Shown: positions 1 to 10,225 of the stretch, one piece after another
How the letters are laid out: every line of letters starts with the position of its first letter
Position numbering within the stretch: position 1 is the stretch's first letter
Assembly (NCBI GenBank): GCA_963813715.1
Contig: CAWFAK010000013.1
Location: 64,001 to 128,000 of the forward strand
DNA length: 64,000 nucleotides
Direction of reading: 5' to 3'
Source of the DNA: an uncultured Planctomycetaceae bacterium
GTDB taxonomy: Bacteria > Planctomycetota > Planctomycetia > Planctomycetales > Planctomycetaceae
Made by a program: the position numbers and the translations under genes
Notes under the pieces: generated by a model
Seen by the model: the letters and a program-made list of their open reading frames with translations, nothing else
Told to the model about the DNA's origin: nothing
Database searches by the model: none

Positions 1-5
1 ACTAT

Positions 6-692
6 TTGCGAAAGCTCAACCAGCGGCACCTGGCGACGCGAAGCGGAGACGATCAGCTCGAAGCGCGAATCGCCTCGTACGAGCTGGCCTTCCGCATGCA
101 ATCGCACGCGCCCGAGGCCGTCGACCTGACACGGGAGACGGCCGCGACGCAGCAGGCCTACGGCCTCGACGATCCGGCCACCGCCGCCTTCGGCCGCAAT
201 TGTCTCATGGCCCGCCGCCTGGTCGAGCGGGGCGTGCGCTTCGTGCAGCTTTACTCCGGCTCCGGCAGCCGCTGGGACGCGCACAGCCACATCGAACAGA
301 ATCACAGCAGCCTGTGCCGACAAACGGACCGTCCGATCGCCGCCCTCTTGGCCGATCTCAAGCAGCGGGGACTGCTCAAGGACACGCTGGTCATCTGGGG
401 CGGCGAATTCGGTCGCACGCCCATGTCGGAAAAAGGAGACGGTCGCGATCACAATCCCTACGGTTTCACGACGTGGCTGGCTGGCGGCGGCGTGAAAGGG
501 GGCCACGTCGTCGGCGCGACCGACGATTTCGGGATGCACGCGATCGACAACCGCGTCTCGGTCCGCGATCTCCACGCCACCATCTTGGCCCTGCTGGGCC
601 TCGACCACACCGAGCTGATCTACGTCCACCAGGGTCGCCCCGAACGGCCGACGGTGAACGAAGGCACCGTGGTCGAGGAGGTCTTTGCCTGA
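6..692 (+). CDS. DUF1501 family protein (C-terminal part; gene starts before the window)
   Basis: Motifs ARIASYELAFRMQ, CLMARRLVERGVRFVQ, WDAH, WGGEFGRTP, GRDHNP and DLHATIL are typical of planctomycete DUF1501 proteins. Confidence 0.9.
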   Translation: MRKLNQRHLATRSGDDQLEARIASYELAFRMQSHAPEAVDLTRETAATQQAYGLDDPATAAFGRNCLMARRLVERGVRFVQLYSGSGSRWDAHSHIEQNHSSLCRQTDRPIAALLADLKQRGLLKDTLVIWGGEFGRTPMSEKGDGRDHNPYGFTTWLAGGGVKGGHVVGATDDFGMHAIDNRVSVRDLHATILALLGLDHTELIYVHQGRPERPTVNEGTVVEEVFA

Positions 693-811
693 ACGTGCCC
701 GCGGTCTCTTAAGGGATCGTTAGAAAACACGGCCTCCCCACGGCGGCAAAACGGCGAACAATGGATTAACGCCGCACGTCACTCGTCGCCTTGCTGTGCA
801 GGAGTCCTGCC

Positions 812-1654
812 ATGTTTCGGAATTGCTCTGTTGCTCGGTCCCCGAACCGAAAGACGTCGCTCTTGTTGCTGCTTGCTGTCACGCTGTTCTGCGCTCGCGC
901 GGCGTCGGCGGGGACTCAAGATGCGCCCGCTCCCGAAGATCGCATCAAGGCGCTCGAACACGAGCGGGACGAGCTGAAGAAACGCAACAGCCTGCTCGAG
1001 CTGCGGCTGCGGCAGTTGCAGTCGAGTATTGATCGGACGGTCACCGAGACGCTGGACACCGCCACGCTCGACCGGACGAGCGCTGGGCCGCCGGTGCCCC
1101 ATCCGCCTGGGGAACCGGCCGCTAACGGAACCCCAGTGCCGGCGGCAGTCGGTTCGTTTCCCGTGGCATCGTGGCGGTCGCTCGGGCCGTCCTACTCGCG
1201 GGCGGCCGGCTTCTTTTCGCCCCTGCAGCAGCCGCTTGACCTGGTTTCGCTGGCTGTGGCTTACCAGGACGCGCTCGGCGGACTGCGCCGGGCCCGCGCG
1301 GCAAAGGAGTTCTTGCCGAATCGCGCGAGCGACGTCGAATCGGCCGCCGAGAAGGTCCGCTTGATGCGTTCGATGACCAAAGCCATGCGGGAGGCGATGG
1401 CCGAGCAGGTCGATCAAATGCACAAGTTGAGCGCGGTTCACGCCATCCCCACGATGGACGTCCGTAACTTGGACGCGAAGTTGAAGATCCTCGACTTCAT
1501 CCTGGCCAGCGATCCGGAAGCCGGACCCGCAGCGACCGACTCGCCGACGGATTCGGCAAACCCAAAAAGCGGCAGCACCGCGCCCTCCGGTGGCCATGCA
1601 GTCAGCGGCAAAGCTTCTGGCGACGCTCAAGCCCCGCCGGCAAAAGCCGAATAG
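812..1654 (+). CDS. Hypothetical exported protein with a coiled-coil segment
   Basis: ATG at 812 with GGAG upstream; signal peptide-like LLLLLAVTLFCARAASA; heptad-like segment RIKALEHERDELKKRNSLLELRLRQLQ. Confidence 0.65.
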   Translation: MFRNCSVARSPNRKTSLLLLLAVTLFCARAASAGTQDAPAPEDRIKALEHERDELKKRNSLLELRLRQLQSSIDRTVTETLDTATLDRTSAGPPVPHPPGEPAANGTPVPAAVGSFPVASWRSLGPSYSRAAGFFSPLQQPLDLVSLAVAYQDALGGLRRARAAKEFLPNRASDVESAAEKVRLMRSMTKAMREAMAEQVDQMHKLSAVHAIPTMDVRNLDAKLKILDFILASDPEAGPAATDSPTDSANPKSGSTAPSGGHAVSGKASGDAQAPPAKAE

Positions 1655-1655
1655 A

Positions 1656-4251
1656 CTAATCGCGCTCGGGCGCCTTTTTCGTCCGGCGCGTCGGTTCGGC
1701 CGTCCAGGGGTCTTCGGGCCACGGGTGCTTGGGGTAGCGGGCCCGCAGGTCCTTGCGGACGCGCGGGTAGCCGTTGGCCCAGAAGCTTTCCAAATCGTCG
1801 GTGATTTGCTGCGTCCGCATATTGGGAGCCAGCAGATGCAGCACGACCGGAACCCGACCTCCGGCAACTCGCGGCGTTTGCCGGAGTCCAAAGACCTCCT
1901 GAATGCGGACGGCCAGCACCGGGGGCCGGCCCACCTCGTAAGTGAGCCCGATGTGACTGCCGCTGGGGACGGCGAGTCGCTCAGGCGCCTCGCGATCGAC
2001 TGCTTCCCGCTGCGGCCAGGTCAGCCGCCCTTTCAACGTGTCGAACCACGGTGCCTTCCGCAGCTCATCGAACGAGCGGCGGGTCTGGCACAGTTCGAGC
2101 AGCACGCCTTGGAGCTCGGCCTCGTCGAACGTCGGCAGCTTGAGTTCGGGTATCCAGCCGGCCAGGCAGCGTACGCGGGCAAGAAAGGAATTCACCTCCG
2201 CATCGTCGGTGGGAAAGACGCGGTCCCAATCACGGGCGGCGGCCTCGGCGAGCAGGCGTGCCGTTTCTTCGCCGGCCGGCGCGGGGATGTTGACTTCGTC
2301 GAGCACCAGATCGTCCCAATAGGTGCGGCGGCGGCCGACGACGCTCTTTTGCGTCGGGTGAAAGAATGCTTCGTCGCCAGTCCGCAGCCCCCGCGACGGC
2401 AGCCACGAGCGTTCAATGGCTGACGCTTGCCGCACGAGGGCCTCCGTCTGGCCGGCATCGACGTCGACGCAGACGAAGAACTCCGCGTTGCTGACGGCCG
2501 ATTGCGGGGCCATCCGGACGCCGCGGCCGCCGACCATCACGCCTTTGCCCGTGCTCGAATCACGACGCCGCGCCACCCGATCGGGGAAGGCCGCCAACAG
2601 CGCGTGCAACAGCGCCTCGGGCTGCGGCGGTGTGCTGGCGCCGCGTCGATCGCCTCCTAAATGCTCGCGGACTTCCCTCACTAGTTGGTCCCGCGCGCGG
2701 CCGATAAAGGCCGCCGCACCGGGATTGATCGGCCCGAAGGGAGTGTCGGACCGCCCGCGCGATTCGTACTCCTCGAAGGCAGCGACCCGATCGAGCACGT
2801 CCGAGCGCGAGACATAATGCGCCGTCGTTCGCGGCGTGCCACCTCGCCCGGCATCGCTTCCGGCACCCGCTCGCCCGCCGGACCGCATAAACGGATCGCG
2901 TTCGGAGAGCATGGCACCGGCGAGCGCCGCCTGAGGCAGGCAGCCCAGCCGGTCCCCTTCGACCAAGAGCCGGGCGATCCGCGGGTGAACGGGCAAACGG
3001 GCGAGAATCTGGCCGAGCGGCGTGAGGCTGCGGCCGTCGATCGCTTCCAGCCGTTCGAGCAGCCGCATGGCCGTGTCGACAGCGGGCGGTGACGGCGGCG
3101 CGAACCAGGGAAAGGCCAGCACGTCGGTCTCGCCCCAGCTCCACAGTTGCAGCACGGCCGCCGCCAGATCGACCCGCTCGATCTCGGGCAGCTCAAACGC
3201 GGGACGATGCGGATGCGTGCGTTCTTCCCACAGTCGCAGGCAGACGCCGGCGGCCGTTCGTCCCGCGCGGCCGGCACGCTGATCGGCCGACGCCCGAGAG
3301 ATCGGGCCGAGCACCAAGCGGTCGAGGCCGACCGACGGGTCAAATCGCATCTGCCGCGCCAGGCCCGAATCGACCACGGCCGTGATGCCGGGAATCGTCA
3401 GCGACGTTTCGGCGACATTCGTCGCCAGCACCAGCTTGCGACGTTCGCTCGGCATTAGCACGGCGTTCTGTTCTTCGGGCGGCAGATCGCCATACAGCGG
3501 AAACACCGCCAGATTGTGCCGGCGGGCGAGCGGCTGGACTTCGGCTGCCGCCTGGCGGATTTCGCCCACGCCGGGCAAGAAGGCCAACACATCGCCCGGA
3601 TGTGCGATCAAATACCTCTTCGATGCCAGCCGCCACGGACGCTGCTAGCGCGCGCTTGTCGCTGGCCCCCGCGTATTGGATGGCGACGGGGAACATCCGC
3701 CCGGCCGACTCGATCACCGGACAGCCGCCCAGAAACGCGGCCACCGGAGTCGCGTCGAGCGTCGCCGACATCACGACGATTCGCAATTCGGGCCGCACCG
3801 TCTGCTGAATGCGGCGGACCATGCCCAGCGCCAGATCGCTGTTGAGATTCCGCTCGTGAAACTCGTCAAAGACGACCGCGCCGACCGACTCCAACAGGGG
3901 CTCGTCATGCAGCATCCGCAGCAGGATGCCCTCCGTCACCACGGAGAGTCGCGTGCGCGCACTGACGCGCTGCTCGAACCGCACCTGGTAGCCGATCTCG
4001 TCGCCGACACTCGAGCCACGTTCGGCCGCGATTCGCCGGGCCGCGGCCCGCGCGGCCATCCGCCGGGGCTGCAAGACGAGCACGCGGCCGGACGTGGCCA
4101 GCGGCGGATCGAGCAATGCGGGGGGCACGCGGGTGGTTTTGCCGGCTCCGGGCGGTGCGCCGATCACCACGTTCGAGCCAGCGATCAGCGCGTCTCGGAT
4201 CTGCGGCAGGATCTCGTCGATCGGCAGCGGCGGGCGGCGGTCGTCGTGCAT
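1656..4251 (-). CDS. hrpB: ATP-dependent RNA helicase HrpB (one frameshift near 3600)
   Basis: ORF 3340-4251 has [15 protein letters not shown] and MSAT; ORF 1656-3611 has [24 protein letters not shown] and the HrpB C-terminus ([14 protein letters not shown]). Confidence 0.93.
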
Positions 4252-4281
4252 GGAAAACGGGCGCTCGGCGTCGCCTCGAGG

Positions 4282-4893
4282 CTAATTCTCGGGAAAGTCG
4301 ACCTGGCTCAGGGGCACCTGCGAACCGGCCAGGCGGTGTGCCTCTTCGATGCTGGCTTTGAGGTCGCCCAGCAGGATCGGACGCACGCCGCGCCGGTCGA
4401 GGACGTTGTAAACAGCCCGGTAATACCAGAGCGTGCCGTTCTTGCCCCCTTTGAAAATCTGCCAGGCGTCGTCCGCCTGGTGCTGCAGTGCCAGGATTAG
4501 CGAGCGGACGTTGTGCAATTTGTCGCAGGCGACGACGAGCAGCACCGAGGGGGGCGCCGCCAGCAGGTCGTGGATATACGTCTGCTTGCGCTCTTTCCAG
4601 GGGGGCTTGGGGATTTCGGTCGCGTCGGTGCAGCCCATCACGATGTCGGCCACGTTCGGTCCAAACCGCTCCCGGACGTCGCGGAGCCGGTCGAGCCCGC
4701 CGCAATCTTCGACCGTGTCGTGCAGCAGGGCGGCAATCGCCTCGTCTTCGTCGGCTCCGTGCTCGAGGGCCAGCGCGGCCACCCCCAGCAGATGGGCGAC
4801 GTAGGGAACGGTCGTTCCCTTGCGCAATTGGCCGGCATGGGCCAACTCGGCATACGCCAGCGCCTGGCCGAATCGCGACGGGTGATCGGTCAT
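4282..4893 (-). CDS. Stand-alone HD-domain (p)ppGpp hydrolase-like protein (RelA/SpoT HD, Mesh1-like)
   Basis: AHAGQLRK, PYVAHL, AALLHDTVED and DKLHN motifs; no synthetase domain. Confidence 0.85.
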   Translation of the reverse strand: MTDHPSRFGQALAYAELAHAGQLRKGTTVPYVAHLLGVAALALEHGADEDEAIAALLHDTVEDCGGLDRLRDVRERFGPNVADIVMGCTDATEIPKPPWKERKQTYIHDLLAAPPSVLLVVACDKLHNVRSLILALQHQADDAWQIFKGGKNGTLWYYRAVYNVLDRRGVRPILLGDLKASIEEAHRLAGSQVPLSQVDFPEN

Positions 4894-5171
4894 GATTGGA
4901 CGGTCATGGATTGAGTGACTCCAGAGTGATGTTCGCCTGGGAATTGTAGTCGTACCGGTCGGGCGGTGCGCGGATCCTGTGATTCGAGCTGGACGGCAGA
5001 CAAAAAGCGCAGGCCCGGTTGTCCTTTCCGATGTGCAGCCAGCGTTTGTTCCGTCCGTCGAACGGTCCGGTCAAATGTCATTTCCCCTTCGCGCGTAGAA
5101 TCTTCATAATGTGGTTGTGTGGGCAATCCGGGTTCAGGCCGACACTTCTGCCCGTGCGAGTACCTTTCCGC

Positions 5172-5226
5172 CGGGACTTTGGCCTGACACCGCGGAGATT
5201 GGACCTTTGACCTTGGACTCGAGACC
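5172..5226 (+). repeat. Degenerate heptamer tandem repeat (consensus TTGGACY)
   Basis: TTGGACC TTTGACC TTGGACT CGAGACC at 5199-5226, plus CGGGACT TTGGCCT at 5172-5185; same unit as at 33552-33654. Confidence 0.6.
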
Positions 5227-5242
5227 AGGCAGCGAGGCACCG

Positions 5243-6241
5243 ATGGCCCGTTACAGACGACAAGCCGGATTTACGCTGGTCGAACTGCTGGTGGTCATCG
5301 CGATCATCGGCGTGCTGGTCGCCATCCTGTTGCCGGCCGTGCAGGCCGCCCGCGAAGCGTCACGACGCACGCAGTGCCGCAACAACCTGCACCAGATCGG
5401 CATCGCCTTGCACAATTATCACGACACGCACCAGATGTTTCCGCCCGGTTGGATCGGAGTGACGAACTACCAGCCGGACGTCAATGGGTACAGCGGTTTG
5501 GCCTGGTCGTCCCTGATCTTGCCGCAAATCGAGCAAGCGATGGCCGCGTACCAGGCCAAGGTCAAGAACGGTGCGCCGCCTCCCGTGGTTAAGGCGCCGC
5601 CCCTCAGTCTCAACGTGCCGATCACGGATCCCGCCGACGCGACAATGCAGCCCTACGTGATTCCGATCTACCGCTGCCCGAGCGACACCGGCCCGGAAAC
5701 GGTGTCCATCGTCCAGGACCCGAGTAAGACGACCAATCCCAACCTTCCGATGACATTCGCCACCTCGAACTATCTCGGCTCGTTCGGGGCGACAAGTTAT
5801 GAAACGTGCCCTTACGCGGCTAATGTCGGAGACTGCGGCATGAACGCGACTGCTCTCAAGCAGTATCAGCTTTCGCTTGGCGTCTTCCAGCTCAACAGCC
5901 GCGTGACGCTCGGAGACGTGCACGACGGAACCACCAACACGATGATGGTGGGAGAACGCCGCACCAACCTGACTACGAATCCGCAAATCTTCGGAATGTG
6001 GCTCGGCGCGCCTCCGGGAGGAATACAGTCATACGGCCGGGTGCTGGGGTCCTCGGATCAGCCCCCCAACGATCCCGCAAATTCCTTTCAAGCGTACTCG
6101 AGCTACCACGGCAGCACGGTGAATATCCTGCTGGTCGATGGAAGCGTGCAAACGGTCAACAACAGCGTCGACATGAAGTTGTGGCAGGGAACCGCCACCA
6201 TTCGCCAGCAGGACGATAACGTGGTCTTCGGCGCGAACTAG
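5243..6241 (+). CDS. DUF1559 (SBP_bac_10) prepilin-type N-terminal cleavage/methylation protein
   Basis: [59 protein letters not shown] and a C-terminal H-X9-DG motif ([12 protein letters not shown]). Confidence 0.93.
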   Translation: MARYRRQAGFTLVELLVVIAIIGVLVAILLPAVQAAREASRRTQCRNNLHQIGIALHNYHDTHQMFPPGWIGVTNYQPDVNGYSGLAWSSLILPQIEQAMAAYQAKVKNGAPPPVVKAPPLSLNVPITDPADATMQPYVIPIYRCPSDTGPETVSIVQDPSKTTNPNLPMTFATSNYLGSFGATSYETCPYAANVGDCGMNATALKQYQLSLGVFQLNSRVTLGDVHDGTTNTMMVGERRTNLTTNPQIFGMWLGAPPGGIQSYGRVLGSSDQPPNDPANSFQAYSSYHGSTVNILLVDGSVQTVNNSVDMKLWQGTATIRQQDDNVVFGAN

Positions 6242-6286
6242 CGTGGCTCACGCCGCACCATCAGATCGCCCGACGAATCGTCAGCT

Positions 6287-7097
6287 CTAATTGCCCTTAA
6301 ACGCGCCCTGCTGCCGGGCGAGTTCCAGCGGCGAGAGTTTTGTGCCTCCCGCTGCCGGCGTAGCCGGTGCTGCGGCTGGCGGTGCCGCAGCCGGTGCTTT
6401 CGGCGGGGCGGCTGCTGCAGGAGGAGCCGCTTGAGCGGCAGGTGCCGCCGGCGCTGGCGTGCTGAGACAGCCTTCTTTGGCAGCTCCCTGCGCACGGGCC
6501 AGTTCCAGCGGTGAGATCTTCTTTCCCGCCGGTGGAGCGGCCGGCAGACGGAGCAGGCACCTCAGCCTTGGGAACTGCCGCAGGCTTGGCGGCCGGGGCG
6601 ACACCGGCAGCCTTCAGGGCGCCCTGTTGGCGAGCCAACTCCAACGGCGACAGTTTAGCACCGGCGGCAGGAGCTGATCCCGCGGCGGGTGCCGTTGCAG
6701 CGGGAGTTTTGGCCGGCGCGGCTTTGGCTGCGGCTCCGGCGGCCGCTTGCGCACGAGCCATTTCAAGCGGACTCATCCCGGCCGGTTTGGCGCCGGCTGC
6801 GGCAACCGGTTTCGCCGCGGCGGGTGCAGCGGCCTTAGCAGGCGCTTCTTTGCCGTGCTTATCGGGGGCGGCTTTTTTGACGGGAGCGTCGACCACGCTC
6901 AGGTATTGCGGATCGATGTCGTACCAGCTGATGTCGACCGGCCCATCGAACTGCACGAGCGCTCGCCCGCTCATATTCACCGTCTTCACGACGCCCGTCA
7001 GCGTCTCGAACCGCTTCAGCTCGGCGATTCCAGTTTTGACGACGACATATTTGTCCGTCAGCTGAGCTTTCAGCTTTTCAGCGATCTCGATCGACAT
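6287..7097 (-). CDS. Hypothetical protein: small beta-rich N-terminal domain plus Ala/Pro/Lys-rich tail with four SPLE(L/M)ARxQ motifs (frameshift near 6545)
   Basis: ORF 6297-7139 (start MSIEIAEK at 7097) joins ORF 6287-6604; the repeat motif continues across the frame change. Confidence 0.75.
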
Positions 7098-7314
7098 AAT
7101 TGGCGTCGTTGCGGGGTGAAAAGATGCGGTGCGGCTCACGGTCTGCGGTTCATTCGGGCCGCTTCCGTCTTTTTCGAACAGGACGCATTCTGGGTCAAGC
7201 GAGTGGCGAATTCAAGGCTTCGCGCACGCTCCCCGCAGGGTCACGAATCGGCATTGCCAACGCCTCGGGCCAAAGACTAAAACGCCGCCCCCAATCCCCC
7301 CGAGGCATCCCCCC

Positions 7315-7572
7315 ATGGACGAGCAATCCCTGCCGGCCCCCTTGTCGGCCGTGCATTCGACTCACGCACAGTCGGCTGCCAATGAGTCTGTCGGCAATGC
7401 ACGTAAAGAATTCATCGGCATCCTGATGAAGTGCTGCCGCACGTATGTGCGTGCCTATCTCAACCCCAATGGCGACGCCTTCATCGGTCGCTGCCCGCGC
7501 TGCCTGGCACTCGTGCGAATCGATGTCGTCGAAGAGGGAGGCTCGCCGAACCGGTTTTTCGAGGCTTGGTAG
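7315..7572 (+). CDS. Small putative zinc-binding protein (CC...CPxC)
   Basis: KCCRTYVRAYLNPNGDAFIGRCPRC; start codon uncertain. Confidence 0.65.
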   Translation: MDEQSLPAPLSAVHSTHAQSAANESVGNARKEFIGILMKCCRTYVRAYLNPNGDAFIGRCPRCLALVRIDVVEEGGSPNRFFEAW

Positions 7573-7696
7573 GCGTCTGCAGGCCCGGGAATCATGTTGA
7601 CCGAATTTCCCAAGGCACCTAAACTGCCGCGGCTTTTTCCCACCCCTGGCGACTGACGGCCTCCGCGCGACCCGGCTTTTGGGCTGGCTGCCTCTT

Positions 7697-8944
7697 ATGA
7701 ATCACCCCCCGAAAGACTCCCAAAGCTTGCGGGTGGTGACCTCCGATCCGGATCACCGACCCGAGCTTTTCGACCTTGGGGCGGACGATTCGAGCCAGCG
7801 CCCCGGCCTGGGAGCGATAGTCCCCAGTTGGCTCCTTTCGCTGGTTCTGCACGCGGGACTCTTCGCCGTGCTGGCCGTGTCGCTGCCCGGGCTTCGCGGC
7901 GGAATTGTCGGCGACCCGGACGGTGACCTGAGGGCCGTCGGCATCTGGGTCGGCCACTCGGGTGACGGTACCGATGGCGACGGAAGTGGACACGGCCCAG
8001 CCCATGCAGCGACGGGCGACACGAAATTCGTCCCGATCGACACCAGCGTTCCGCAGGCGCTCCCCCCGGCGACGCCGATCACTGAGCCGCCCGTCAAGAA
8101 CTCGCTCCCCGACATCTCCGCCTCGATCGTTCCGACACCCATCGTTCCAGCGCCGCTCATGCCGACGCCGCCGGTCGCCGCGGCCAGCGCGTTTCACACG
8201 GCGAATCAAGTTCCCGCTTCGCCGATCCTCGGTCCCGGCCCGGCCCCCGAGCGGCCCGGACTGTTTCAAGCGCATTCCCAACCGCGATCGTCGGACGGCA
8301 AACCCGGCTCCGTCGGCAGCGGAGGTGGTCGCCGTGGATCGCGTGGCACCACGCCCTTTTTCGGCATCGTCGACGTCGGCAGCCGCTTCGTTTACGTCAT
8401 CGACTGCTCGGGCAGCATGTACAGCCACGACGCGATGGGCGCCGCCAAGCGCGAACTCTTGCGAAGCCTGCACACGCTCAACCGGTTCCAGCAGTTTCAA
8501 ATCGTCTTCTACGATACCGAACAACGGTGGCTCAAAGTTCCCGGCAACGTCGATTTTCGCTACTTCGCGGCCGACGAAAAGAATCTGCGGCACGCCGCCG
8601 AGTTCAGCGCGGAGATCGAACCGAACGGAGGGACGGTGCACCTGGCCGCTCTCGAGCTGGCGCTGCGGCTGCATCCCGACGTGGTCTTTTTTCTCACGGA
8701 TGGCGGCAAACCGGGCCTGTCGCCGTCCGACTTGGAGGAGTTGAAGCGGCTCGACGGACGACGCACGCGAATCCATTGCGTCCAATTCCGCTCGGAAGAC
8801 GATCCCGACGCCGCCCTGGCGACCGACTTCCTCCGCAAGCTGGCCGACCAGAACGACGGCCAATACGTCTGCCGCGACGTCTCCCGCTTCGACGCACCGA
8901 GCACGGCCCGCAAGCTCGACCGATCCTCCGGCGAGGAGCACTGA
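7697..8944 (+). CDS. Membrane-anchored vWA-domain protein with a TonB-like TM helix and Pro-rich linker
   Basis: TM helix PSWLLSLVLHAGLFAVL; Pro-rich spacer; MIDAS VIDCSGSM...GGT...FFLTDGG. Confidence 0.85.
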   Translation: MNHPPKDSQSLRVVTSDPDHRPELFDLGADDSSQRPGLGAIVPSWLLSLVLHAGLFAVLAVSLPGLRGGIVGDPDGDLRAVGIWVGHSGDGTDGDGSGHGPAHAATGDTKFVPIDTSVPQALPPATPITEPPVKNSLPDISASIVPTPIVPAPLMPTPPVAAASAFHTANQVPASPILGPGPAPERPGLFQAHSQPRSSDGKPGSVGSGGGRRGSRGTTPFFGIVDVGSRFVYVIDCSGSMYSHDAMGAAKRELLRSLHTLNRFQQFQIVFYDTEQRWLKVPGNVDFRYFAADEKNLRHAAEFSAEIEPNGGTVHLAALELALRLHPDVVFFLTDGGKPGLSPSDLEELKRLDGRRTRIHCVQFRSEDDPDAALATDFLRKLADQNDGQYVCRDVSRFDAPSTARKLDRSSGEEH

Positions 8945-8947
8945 ACG

Positions 8948-9805
8948 ATGTCTCCCCTGCGACGACGCGGCTCCGACTCGAATCGCCTGCGAACGGCTCG
9001 TTACGGCCTGCTCGCGGCGCTGGCTCTCGCACTCTTCCCGGCGATCGCGCGGGCCGAAGGGCCGCTCCCGCCGGGATTCGCGAATCTCGACTTTCGCAAA
9101 CTGCTGGAGGCCGGCGGCGGCGTGGGCGTGGTCATCGGCGCGCTCAGCGTCGGCATGGCCGCCCTGGTGTTCGAATATCTGATCTCGCTGCGTCGCGGGG
9201 CGACTATTCCGCGGCAATTGGCCGAACGGCTCCAGGAGCTGATCACGCAGAAACAGTTCAAGCAGGCCGCCGACGAATGCCGTGACAATGGCAGTCTGCT
9301 GGCGCACGTGATCGGCGCCGGCCTGGGCGAGGTCGACGCCGGCTATGCGGCCGTCGAAAAGGCGATGGAAGACGCCTGCGCCCAGCACGCCGGCCGGCTT
9401 TATCGCAAGATCGACTATCTGTCGGTCATCGGCACGCTCTCCCCGATGCTCGGACTGCTGGGGACCGTGTGGGGCATGATGCTGGCGTTCTCCGAATTCG
9501 CGTCGAAGGCCAACGTCGCTGTGACAGAACTGGCCCCCGGCATCTCGACGGCCCTCGTGACCACGCTGCTCGGTCTGGCGGTCGCAATTCCCGCGTACGC
9601 CGCGTACGCCTACTTCCGCAACCGCGTCGACGAGGCGGTTGCCAACTGCTCGCAGGTCGCCGACCACATCTTCTTTGAGTATCGCCGCGACCAGGCCGCC
9701 CGCCGCCGCAAGTTCCGCGCCCTGCAGCTCAAGGCGCGAAACGAGCGCGAGCGCCTGCGACCCGCCTTCCCTCCGGTGGCCATCGAACGGGAGAAGTCGG
9801 CATGA
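8948..9805 (+). CDS. exbB: MotA/TolQ/ExbB proton channel family protein
   Basis: SPMLGLLGTVWGM and GISTALVTTLLGLAVAIPA motifs. Confidence 0.92.
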   Translation: MSPLRRRGSDSNRLRTARYGLLAALALALFPAIARAEGPLPPGFANLDFRKLLEAGGGVGVVIGALSVGMAALVFEYLISLRRGATIPRQLAERLQELITQKQFKQAADECRDNGSLLAHVIGAGLGEVDAGYAAVEKAMEDACAQHAGRLYRKIDYLSVIGTLSPMLGLLGTVWGMMLAFSEFASKANVAVTELAPGISTALVTTLLGLAVAIPAYAAYAYFRNRVDEAVANCSQVADHIFFEYRRDQAARRRKFRALQLKARNERERLRPAFPPVAIEREKSA

Positions 9806-10217
9806 GGCCTCCCGTCCGCCATCGCGAGTCGGGCGTGAAGTTCAACATCACGCCGCTGATCGACATCGTCTTCAATCTGATCGTCTTCTTCGCGCTGGCC
9901 AGCCTGTACGTGCGCAAGGAGACGGCCCAGCCGGTCGCCTTGCCGGCCGCCCGCCAGTTCGACGCGAACGAACAATCCGCCTCGCGACGCCTGACAATCA
10001 CGCTCGGCCCGGACCGCCGGATCTTCGTCGCCGGCGAGCAAGTCGCGGCGGCCGACGTCGAACGATTGCTCGTCGAACGCGCCGGCAGCGAGCCAGCGAC
10101 CCTGGACGTTCGCCTGCGCGCCGACCGCACCGTCCCCTTCGCTGACGTCAAGCCGATGATCATCGCCTGCGCCAGCACGGGATCACCAATCTTCGCGTGG
10201 CCGTCGAAGGGAAATAG
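9802..10217 (+). CDS. exbD: ExbD/TolR biopolymer transport protein 1 (frameshift near 10180)
   Basis: FNITPLIDIVFNLIVFF TM with the conserved Asp; LRADRTVPF; adding one G gives GITNLRVAVEGK-stop at 10215-10217; ATGA overlap with exbB. Confidence 0.88.
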
Positions 10218-10225
10218 GACAGACG

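Noticed and set aside
4894..5242. Possible ncRNA or riboswitch in the divergent intergenic region
   Set aside because: No recognisable riboswitch, tRNA or other RNA family motif; only a possible -10 (CATAAT near 5105) and the heptamer repeats
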